In this document: positions 50,014 to 62,000 of the stretch, piece after piece
Position numbering within the stretch: the first letter of the stretch is position 1
Layout: each line of letters begins with the position of its first letter
Origin: Candidatus Omnitrophota bacterium
Lineage (GTDB): Bacteria > Omnitrophota > Gorgyraeia > Zapsychrales > Zapsychraceae
DNA length: 64,000 nucleotides
Assembly: GCA_021108075.1 (NCBI GenBank)
Contig: JAIORP010000100.1
Span: 7,783 to 71,782, forward strand
Direction of reading: 5' to 3'
Translations under genes and position numbers: made by a program
The notes under the pieces: model-generated
Told to the model about the DNA's origin: nothing
The model's database searches: none
What the model saw: only the letters and a program-made list of their open reading frames with translations

Positions 50014-53000
50014 ATGAGAAAAGATAAAAAATCAAAATTACAATATATAATACATAGCAGCTTAAGATCTGTTATGATATTTATTTTCTTGTTCGCCCAA
50101 TTACCCGCACCTGTTTTTGCGCAATACACAGGTGGGAGCTATGGGGGTGATGAGGAAAGTTCGCTTGGTAATGATATTTATACAGGTGGATCACAGGATG
50201 ATACCTTTATCGGTCATTCATCTCAAGGGGAGGCTCTGTCTCACGGACAAGCGGCGTATCTTGTTTTCAGTCAAATGCCATCGGAGTCATCTCACCACAA
50301 TTCCTTTGAACGTCAACCCATTGTTGAGATCCGTGACTCGAATAATAATTTCGTTGCTACGGACAATACAACACAGGTCACCATTGAGTTGTTAAGCAAC
50401 CCGGGCAATTCTCAACTGATCGGTACAAAGACAATCTCTGTCCAAGGCGGCCAGGCCCTGTACACGGACTTGCAAATTCCTAAACCCGCTGAAATGTACA
50501 CTCTCATCGCAACTTCTCCAGGTCTAACCTCGGCTATATCCGATGCTTTTAATGTTCAACCCGGATCCAGTCCGCGTATTATCGCTTCTTGGGATGATTC
50601 TGCCAATTCGGGTTCGGGTGGTTACACACTTTTTATCTGGTTAGAAGATAATAGCGCAACAGGCCGCGTTGATCTGGATAACAATGGCGGAAACGCTGAT
50701 GACCGTTGTCAGGTAACGATTTATGATCCTGATGGAACAACCCAGGATTCCACTTTTGATTCTGGCGGTGGCTCGCCGACGCTGACCTTAGACACAAATG
50801 TCGAATGGTTTTATTCTGCGTCGGGCGCCTGGCAACCAGACCTTCAGGATGATTCTTATGTCGCTAATGTGGTTATCACGGAAGACCCGGACGTCGCTAA
50901 TACGGTCTACAGTGCGTATGCTTCTTTAGATGTTATCAAACCCACATTAGAAGACCTGGGGGATGTCAACTGGGATGAGCTTGCTCAAATCAGATCCAAA
51001 ACGCAGACCATCAATTGGGATGATATTACGGCTGTTAAAGCCCAAACGGATACCATCAATTGGGATGATATTGATGTGCTCGTTACGAATGTTGCTGATA
51101 TTAAAGATGTCACGAATCAATTGGATCCGGTCGACTGGGCGAATATTCAATCCATGGCCGATGCCGGTATCAATTGGGATGATCTAAAAATTTTAACTGA
51201 GGCGGGTATCAATTGGGAAGACCTGGATTCCCTGTCAAACATGAACATCAACTGGGATGACATTGATGTCTTGTCTAAGACGGGAATCAATTGGAATGAT
51301 ATTCAAGTGTTAAGTGATGAGGGCATTAACTGGGCTGACATTGACGTCTTAACGGACGCGGGTATCAACTGGTCCGATATTCAAGTTTTATCAGACCTGG
51401 GAGTTAATTGGACGGATTTTGATGCGTTAACCAAGGCCGGATTGAATTGGACGGATTTTGACGTGATGACAAAAGCGGGGATCAATTGGCTTGATATGGC
51501 CGTTATGACAGGTGCGAGCGTCGATTGGGAGGAGTATATCAATTGGAGTGATTTAGCTGTTTTGTCAAAGGCGAATGTCAATTGGGATGATTTAACCGCG
51601 TTGTCCAATGCGAATGTTAATTGGGATGATTGGCAAGTCTTGAGTGAATCCGGGATCAATTGGGATGACCTTGCTTCTATGGCGACGGCAAGTATTAACT
51701 GGTCTGACCTGGACGTGATGTCAGATGCGGGCATTAATTGGTCTGACATTGATGTGTTAAGCGAAGCTGGTGTGAACTGGCTTGACATTGGGGTGTTCAG
51801 TCAGGCGGGTATTAATTGGGCGGATATCGATGTGTTAAGCGACGCGGGTATTAATTGGGAAGATATCGAGGCCATGACCGAAGCGGGTATCAATTGGGCG
51901 GATATCGATGTGTTAAGCGAAGCGGGTATCAATTGGGAAGACATTGAAGCCTTAACAGCGGCGGGCATCAACTGGGAAGATTTTGAATCTTTAACCGAAG
52001 CCGGAATCAATTGGGAAGATGTTGAAGTATTGAGCGAGTCCGGAGTGAATTGGTTGGATATTGGTGAATTGTCAGACGCGGGTATTAATTGGTTGGATAT
52101 TGACGTGATGAGTGATGCGGGTATCAACTGGTCTGATATTGAAACGATGTCGAATGAAGGCGTCAATTGGCAAGATATCAATATACTCAGTGATGCGGGT
52201 GTGAATTGGGAAGATATTGATGCCCTCTCTGAAGCGGGTGTGAATTGGGAAGATATTGAAGCCATGAGTGAAGCGAACGTCAATTGGGCGGATATTGCTG
52301 TTTTGTCGTCGAAGGGAATAAACTGGACTGATGTTGATGTTTTAAGTGACAGCGGCATCAATTGGGAAGACATACGCATATTAAGTGAAGCGGGTATTAA
52401 CTGGGAAGACATTGAGGTCCTGAGTGAAGCGGGCATCAATTGGTCTGATATCGATGTTCTCAGTGGTACGGGTATTAACTGGTCAGATATTGACGTGATG
52501 GCCAGGGTAGGTATTAATTGGCAGGATGTGGATGTTCTCAGTGATGCGGGCATTAATTGGATAGATGTGAACCGGTTGTCTCGGGCAGGCGTGAATTGGG
52601 AAGACATTGACCTTATGTCTGAGGCAGGCGTGAATTGGGAAGACCTTGAGGCATTGAGTGTGGCGGGTATCAATTGGCAGGACATTAATGTTCTTAGTGA
52701 TGCGGGCGTGAATTGGGAAGATATCGAAGTCATGTCGGAGGCGGGCATCAACTGGGAAGATATCGAGGTCTTTAGCGAGGCGGGTATCAATTGGCAGGAC
52801 ATGGATGTTCTTAGTGATTCAGGTATCAATTGGCAAGATATCGGAGTGATGGCAGCAGCGGGTGTCAATTGGGCTGATATCGATGTGTTGAGTGAGGCGG
52901 GTGTGAATTGGGAAGATCTCGAGGCGTTAACAGAAGCGGGCATCAATTGGTCGGACATTGATGTATTGACTGACGCTGGAATTAACTGGGAAGACCTTGA

Positions 53001-56000
53001 AGTCTTGACGGAAGCCGGTGTAAATTGGGAAGATTTAGAATTATTAACAGAAGCAGGTGTTAATTGGCAGGACATTGGAATTCTTAGCGCTGCCGGTATT
53101 AATTGGGAAGATGTTGAGGCCATGAGTGAAGCGGGTGTGAATTGGTCTGATATCGATGTCCTCAGTGATACGGGGATTAACTGGGAAGATATTGAGGCGA
53201 TGACGGAATCCGGTGTGAACTGGTCGGACCTCGACGTGATGAGCGAGGCGGGCATCAATTGGGAAGATATTGAAGCGATGACGGAAGCGGGAATTAACTG
53301 GCAAGATATTGATGTTTTAAGTGACGCCGGAATCAATTGGGAGGATATTGAACTCTTAAGTGAGGCAGGTGTGAATTGGGAAGATCTCGAGGCGTTAACA
53401 GAAGCGGGCATCAATTGGTCGGACATCGATGTGTTGAGCGGTGCGGGTATCAATTGGGAAGATGTCGAAGCTCTGAGTGAAGCGGGCGTCAACTGGCAGG
53501 ATATCGGTATGCTCTCCGACGCGGGCATCAATTGGGAAGACCTCGAAGTCTTAAGTGAGGCGGGCGTCAACTGGCAGGATATCGGTATGCTCTCCGACGC
53601 GGGAATTAATTGGGAAGACGTCGATGTGTTGAGCGGTGCGGGCATCAATTGGGAAGATATCGAAGCTCTGAGTGAAGCGGGCGTCAACTGGCAGGATATC
53701 GGTATGCTTTCCGACGCGGGCATCAATTGGTCGGATATCGATGTGTTGAGCGGTGCGGGCATCAATTGGGAAGACCTTGAAGCGCTAACAGAATCCGGTA
53801 TCAATTGGGAAGACCTGGATGTCATGAGCGGTGCGGGCATCAATTGGGAAGACATTGGGGTGCTGACCGAATCAGGCGTCAATTGGCTGGACGTTGACAT
53901 GATGAGTGACGCGGGCATTAATTGGGAAGATATTGAAGTCTTGACGGAAGCTGGCATTAACTGGACGGACATTGACGTGATGAGTGATGCAGGGGTCAAT
54001 TGGACGGATGTCAACCGCCTGACAAGAGCGGGCGTCAATTGGGAGGATCTTGGCGCTATGTCCTCAACCGGAATCAATTGGACGGATATAAATATGTTGA
54101 GTGAAGCGGGCATCAATTGGCAAGACATTGAGGTTATGACAGAAGCGGGTATCAACTGGTTGGATATTGATGTGTTGAGTGAAGCGGGGATTAACTGGGA
54201 AGACATTGAAGTCTTAAGTGAGGCCGGCATTAATTGGGAAGATATTGATGTGTTGAGTGACGCCGGTATCAATTGGCAAGATATTGATATTTTAAGTGAA
54301 GCCGGTATTAACTGGGAGGATATCGAAGCCTTGACAGAAGCGGGTATCAACTGGCAGGATGTGGGTGTCATGAGTGATGTCGGTGTGAATTGGCAAGATC
54401 TGCGGACGTTAAGTACGGTAGGTGTGAATTGGGAAGACATTGAAGTGATGACGGAAGCGGGCATTAATTGGCAAGACATCGATGTGTTGACTGAAGCTGG
54501 CATTAATTGGGAAGATATTGAATTGATGAGTGACGCGGGCATCAATTGGCAAGACATCGGCATGTTTTCCGACGCGGGTATCAATTGGGAAGATGTCGAA
54601 GTTTTAACCCGATCCGGTATTAACTGGGAAGATATTGAAGTCCTCTCCGAGACAGGCATCAATTGGGCGGACATGGGCGTTCTCAGTGGTTCGGGAATCA
54701 ATTGGGAAGACATTGAAATGATGAGTGAAGCCGGGATCAATTGGTTAGATATTGATATTTTAACCGATGCTGGAATTAACTGGGAAGACCTTGAGGTTAT
54801 GACAGAGGCGGGTGTTAACTGGCAGGATATTGATGCTTTAAGTGAGGCCGGAATCAATTGGGAAGATATTGAATTGATGAGTGAAGCTGGCATCAATTGG
54901 GAAGACATTGAAATGATGAGTGAAGCCGGAATCAACTGGGAAGACCTTGAGATCTTGACGGAAGCCGGAATCAATTGGATCGATATTGACACGATGAGTG
55001 CGTCCGGAATTAATTGGGAAGATGTTGGGACATTGACCGAGGCTGGAATTAATTGGCAGGACATCGGTGTCTTAAGTGACACCGGAATCAATTGGGAAGA
55101 CATCCATGTTATGTCTAAGGCCGGTGTGAATTGGGAAGACATTGAAATGATGAGCGAAGCCGGAATCAATTGGGTGGATATCGATGTCATGTCTGAAACA
55201 GGTATCAACTGGCAGGATATCAATGCTTTGAGCGTCGCAGGTATTAACTGGCAAGATGTTGACCTTCTCTCCGACGCCGGGATTAATTGGGAAGACATTG
55301 AATCCATGTCCGACGCCGGTGTCAATTGGCAAGATATTGGGGTGTTAAGTGATGTCGGTGTTAATTGGGAAGACATTGGGGTGTTAAGTGATGCGGGTGT
55401 CAATTGGGAAGACATTGAGGCCATGACAGAAGCGGGTATCAACTGGCAGGATATCAATGCCCTAACGGTTGCCGGAATCAACTGGCAAGATATAGACGTT
55501 CTCTCCGACTCCGGCGTGAATTGGGAAGATATTGAAGCCATGAGCGAAGCGGGTATCAATTGGACGGATATTGATGCGTTAAGTGAAACGGGAATCAATT
55601 GGGAAGACATTGAAATGATGAGCGAAGCCGGCGTGAATTGGGAAGACATTGAAATTCTTTCTGAAAGTGGAATCAACTGGACGGACATGAATGTGCTTTC
55701 TCTATCGGGTATCAATTGGGAAGATATCGAAGTGATGAGCGACTCCGGCGTGAATTGGGAAGACATTGAAATGATGAGCGAAGCCGGCGTGAATTGGAAT
55801 GATATCGGCATGTTGACTTTATCCGGAGTCAATTGGCAGGATGTTGAAGTGATGACTGAAGCGGGTATCAATTGGTTGGACATAGATATGATGAGTGGCG
55901 CCGGGATTAATTGGGAAGATGTCGAGGCGCTGACGGAGGCCGGTGTTAATTGGTCGGATATCAATATATTGTCTGACGCCGGGATTAATTGGGAAGACAT

Positions 56001-59000
56001 TGAAGTGCTGACAAAGGCCGGGGTCAATTGGGAAGATTTTGAAGCTTTATCAGAGTCAGGTATCAACTGGCAGGATATTGAAGTCTTGACGGAAGCGGGC
56101 ATCAACTGGCAGGATTTAGATGTTATGAGTGGTTCCGGTATTAATTGGGAGGACATTGAGGTCTTAAGCGAAGCCGGTATCAATTGGGAAGACATTGAGA
56201 TGATGAGTGAAGCCGGAGTGAATTGGTTTGACATTGACGCCCTTTCCGACGCTGGTATTAACTGGGAAGATATTGAAGTCCTAACAAAAGCCGGTATCAA
56301 CTGGGAAGATGTTGAAGTCATCAGCGAGACCGGTATCAACTGGGAAGACATTGAGGCCATGACAGAAGCGGGCATCAACTGGCAGGATATAGACATTTTA
56401 AGTGAGGCCGGAGTTAATTGGGAAAACATTGAAGCGATGACGGAAGCGGGAATTAATTGGATTGATATTGATGTGATGAGTGATACGGGCATCAATTGGG
56501 AAGACATTGAAATGATGAGTGAAGCCGGAGTGAATTGGTCTGACATTGACGCCCTCTCCGACGCTGGTATTAACTGGGAAGACATCGAAGTCCTGAGTGA
56601 GGCGGGGATCAATTGGGAAGATGTCGAAGCTCTGAGTGAAGCGGGCGTCAATTGGGAAGACATTGAAGTCCTGAGTGAGGCCGGAATTAATTGGGAAGAC
56701 ATTGAAGTGATGAGTGAAGCGGGTGTGAACTGGGAGGATATTGAAGTCTTGAGTGAAGCGGGAATTAACTGGGAAGACATTGAAGCGATGAGTGAAGCGG
56801 GTATAAATTGGCTGGATATTGATGCCTTAAGTGAAACGGGTGTTAATTGGGAAGACATTGAGGTCATGACGAAAGCGGGAGTGAACTGGACAGATATTGA
56901 TATCCTGAGCGAGGCGGGGATCAATTGGGAAGATGTCGAGGCGATGAGTGAAGCGGGGATTAATTGGGAAGACATTGACATCTTAAGCGAGGCGGGGATC
57001 AATTGGGAAGACGTCGAAGTGCTGACCGAGTCCGGTATCAATTGGCAGGACATTAACATGTTGAGTGGCGCGGGCATCAATTGGGCAGACATCGATGTTC
57101 TAAGTGCTGCCGGCATCAATTGGGAAGATATTGAAGTGATGACGGAATCAGGTATTAATTGGTTGGATATTGAAGCCTTAAGCGCAACCGGCATCAATTG
57201 GCAGGATATTGACGTATTGAGTGAGGCCGGCGTCAATTGGGAAGACATTGAGATCATGACGAGAGCCGGTGTTAATTGGCAAGATATTGATATGCTGAGT
57301 GATGCAGGTATCAATTGGGAAGATATCGAAGTGATGAGCGAGGCCGGGATCAACTGGCTGGATATTGATGTGTTGAGTGAAGCGGGGATCAATTGGGAAG
57401 ATATCGAAGTGATGAGCGAGGCCAGTATCAATTGGGCAGACATCGATGTTTTAAGTGCTGCCGGCATCAATTGGGAAGATATTGAAACCATGAGTGATGC
57501 CGGGATCAATTGGGAAGACATTGAAACCATGAGTGAAGCGGGCATCAACTGGCAGGACATGGATGCCTTGAGTTCAGCCGGGATCAACTGGCAGGACATG
57601 GATGTCTTGAGTTCAGCCGGGATTAACTGGCTAGATATCGAATTGATGAGTGAAGCGGGGATCAACTGGCAGGATATCGATTTATTAAGTGAAGCGGGTA
57701 TCAATTGGGAAAATATTGAAGCGATGACCGAAGCGGGCATCAACTGGCAAGATATTGATATGTTGAGTGAAGCGGGTATCAACTGGGAAGATGTTGAAGT
57801 GATGAGTGCCGCGGGCATCAACTGGGAAGATGTTGAGTCTTTGAGTGAGGCGGGTATTAACTGGGAAGATGTTGAAGTGATGAGTGAAGCGGGCGTGAAC
57901 TGGGAAGATATTGGAGTCTTGAGTGAGGCGGGCGTTAATTGGGAAGACATCGAAGCCTTGAGTGAAGCGGGCATCAACTGGCAGGATATCGAAGTGATGA
58001 GCGAGGCGGGTATCAATTGGAAGGATATTGATGTGCTGAGTGAGGCGGGCATTAATTGGGAAGATATTGAAGTCATGACCGAAGCAGGTATCAATTGGGA
58101 AGATATTGATGTGCTGAGCGCGACGGGCATCAACTGGGAAGATATCAAGGCGTTGAGTGAAGCGGGCGTGAACTGGGAAGACATTGACGCGTTGAGTGAA
58201 GCGGGCATCAACTGGGAAGACATTGACGTGCTGAGTGAAGCGGGCATCAACTGGGAAGACATTGACGTGCTGAGTGAAGCGGGCATCAACTGGGAAGACA
58301 TTGACGTGCTGAGTGAAGCGGGCATCAACTGGGAAGATATTGGAGTCTTGAGTGCCGCGGGTATCAATTGGGAAGACATTGAAGTGATGAGCGAGTCTGG
58401 TGTGAATTGGGCTGATCTCAATACGATGTCTATGGTCGGTGTGAATTGGTCTGATCTCAATTATATGTCGGGAGTAGGCGTTAACTGGGATAACCTGACA
58501 CAATTGACAAATTCAGGCATCAATTGGGATGATATCGGTGCCATGAGCGATGCGGGCATTAATTGGATTGACATTAATGAGATGAGTGAAGCGGGCATCA
58601 ATTGGACAGATATCGACGTCATCAGTGATACGGGCATTAACTGGGAAGATATTGAAGTGCTGAGTGAAGCGGGCGTGAACTGGGAAGATATTGGAGTCTT
58701 GAGTGCCGCGGGCATCAATTGGGAAGACATTGAAGTGATGAGCGAGTCTGGTGTGAATTGGGCTGATCTCAATACGATGTCTATGGTCGGTGTGAATTGG
58801 TCTGATCTCAATTATATGTCGGGAGTAGGCGTTAACTGGGATAACCTGACACAATTGACAAATTCAGGCATCAATTGGGATGATATCGGTGCCATGAGCG
58901 ATGCGGGCATTAATTGGACGAACATCAATGATTTATCAACAGCAGGTATCAACTGGAATGATATTGATGTGATGAGTGATACGGGCATTAACTGGACAGA

Positions 59001-62000
59001 TTTTGGTCAATTATCGACATCCGGCGTTAATTGGAGCGACATCGGTGTGATGAGTGATGCTGGCATTAATTGGGAAGACATCGATGTGATGAGTTCGGCG
59101 GGTATTAATTGGGAAGACATTGAAACCTTAAGCGAAGCGGGTGTAAACTGGTCGGATATCGACATATTGTCGAGTGCGGGCATCAATTGGGAAGACATTG
59201 AGGTTATGACCGAGGCGGGCATCAACTGGTATGATGTTGATGCGCTTTCAGGTGCGGGCATCAATTGGGAAGACATCGAGGTTATGACCGAGGCGGGTAT
59301 TAATTGGGAAGATATCGAGTTTTTGAGTGAATCCGGAATTAACTGGCAAGACATAGATGTGTTAAGCGAAACAGGGATTAACTGGTCGGACATTCAAGCA
59401 TTAACCACCTCCGGTATCAACTGGAAAGACATAGACGTCATGTCAAGTGCGGGCATCAATTGGCAGGACATCGATGTGTTATCTGAATCGAATATTAACT
59501 GGTCTAATATTTATGAGATGTCTTCCAACGGTATCAACTGGAGCGATATCGGTGTCATGAGTACCATCAATATCAATTGGTCTGATTTGCAGGCCTTGTC
59601 GACAGCAAGCATTAACTGGCAGGATATCGATGTGCTGAGTTCGGTCGGCATCAATTGGGAAGATATTGAGGCCATGGCAGGGGCGGGTATCAATTGGCAG
59701 GACATTGATGTTCTTTCTGATTCGGGCATCAATTGGCAAGACATTGACGTGATGAGTGAAGCGGGTGTGAATTGGGCGGATATCGATGTGTTGTCAGGCG
59801 CGGGCATTAATTGGGAAGATATGGAGGCGCTGACCCGGTCCGGTGTTAACTGGCAAGACATTCAGGTTCTCAGTGAAGCGGGTATTAACTGGGAAGACAT
59901 TGAAGCCATGACGGAATCAGGGATTAATTGGCAAGATATTGACGTGATGAGTTCCTCCGCTATTAATTGGAATAATATTTATGATATGACAATTGCTGGT
60001 GTTAATTGGGATGATATCGGGGCTCTTTCTTCCGCCGGTATTAATTGGACAGATATTGATGTTTTATCTGATTCCGGCGTGAACTGGAGCAATATCTATG
60101 AACTTTCCTCGTCTGGAGTCAATTGGACGGATATTGGCGTGATGTCCTCTTCGGGCATCAATTGGAATGATATCGACATGTTAAGTGAGGCGGGCATTAA
60201 TTGGGAAGATATTGAAGCCATGACAGAAGCTGGTATTAATTGGCAGGATATTAACGCCTTCAGCGACGCTGGTATCAATTGGGAAGCCCTTGAAGTCATG
60301 ACGGAAGCCGGTATCAACTGGGAAGACATCGAAGTCCTCAGTGAGGCGGGCATTAACTGGGAAGATATTGAATCCATGACAGAATCCGGTATTAATTGGG
60401 AAGACATTGAAGTGCTGAGTGAGGCGGGTGTGAATTGGTCTGATCTCAATACGATGTCTATGGTCGGTGTGAATTGGTCTGATCTCAATTATATGTCCGG
60501 GGTTGGGGTCAATTGGGAAAATTTGACCGAGTTAACGAATTCTGGCGTGAACTGGAATGATATCGGTGTGATGAGTGACGCGGGAATTAATTGGACGAAT
60601 ATGAATGAACTGTCTACCTCTGGTATCAATTGGGAAGAAATTGATGTCTTAAGTGACGCGGGTGTGAACTGGACGGATATTGAAGTCCTTTCAAAGGCGG
60701 GTGTAAATTGGAGTGATGTTAACGTGCTGAGTTCTGCCGGCGTGAATTGGGAAGATTTTGAAGTGATGACCGGGACCGGAGTTAACTGGGAGGATTTTGA
60801 AGTGATGACGAAGGCTGGTGTGAATTGGTCTGATGTTGATATTTTAAGCGATGCGGGTGTGAATTGGGAAGATATTGAGGTCATGACAGAATCGGGTATC
60901 AACTGGCAGGACATGAATATCCTCAGTGAATCCGGTATTAATTGGGAAGATATTGAGGTTATGACGGACGCCGGTGTGAATTGGTCAGACATTGGCGTTT
61001 TATCGTTAATCGGCATCAACTGGCAAGACATTGATGTGCTGAGTGAAGCCGGTATTAATTGGCAGGACATCAATGTGATGAGTGCTGCTGGCATCAACTG
61101 GCAGGACATCAATGTGATGAGCGATACCGGCATCAATTGGGAAGACATTGAGGCTATGACAAAAGCCGGCGTCAATTGGCAGGATATAGATGTTTTCAGT
61201 TCAGCCGGTATCAACTGGGAAGATATCGAGGCGATGTCAGGTGCGGGCATTAATTGGGAAGACATTGAGGTCTTATCCGAATCCGGCATTAACTGGGAAG
61301 ACATTGAGGTCATGACCGAGGCCGGTGTGAATTGGCAAGACATCAACGCGTTGAGTTTAGCGGGTATCAATTGGGAAGACATCGGTGTCTTAAGTGACGC
61401 GGGAATCAATTGGTCTGACATTGATGTGATGAGCTCGTCGGGAATCAACTGGTCGAATATCAATGACTTAACACAATCCGGCATCAATTGGTCCGACATT
61501 GATGTGATGAGCGATACCGGCATCAATTGGACCAACATCGGCGAATTATCTTCCGCGGGTATCAATTGGGATGACATTGACATCATGAGCGACGCGGGTG
61601 TGAACTGGACAGATATTAATCGGTTGTCAAAAGCCGGTATTAACTGGGAAGACATTAATATATTAAGTGACGCGGGCATTAATTGGGAAGACATTGAAGT
61701 GATGTCAGAAACGGGTATTAATTGGGAAGATATCGAAGTGATGTCGGAATCTGGCATTAATTGGGAAGACATTGAAGTGATGTCAGAAGCCGGTGTGAAC
61801 TGGGAAGACATTGAACTCCTCTCTGAGACGGGCATCAATTGGCTGAATATCGGCGAGCTCTCTTCGTCAGGCGTCAATTGGGAAGATATCGATGTGATGA
61901 GCGGGTCTGGCATCAATTGGGCCGATATCGGCGCGCTTTCTTCGGCCGGAATTAATTGGGAGGATATTAACGTATTTTCGGATACAGGCATTAATTGGGA

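Noticed and set aside
50117-51187. Short ORFs 50117-50395, 50947-51150 and 50963-51187
   Set aside because: Alternative-frame or antisense ORFs inside the giant gene
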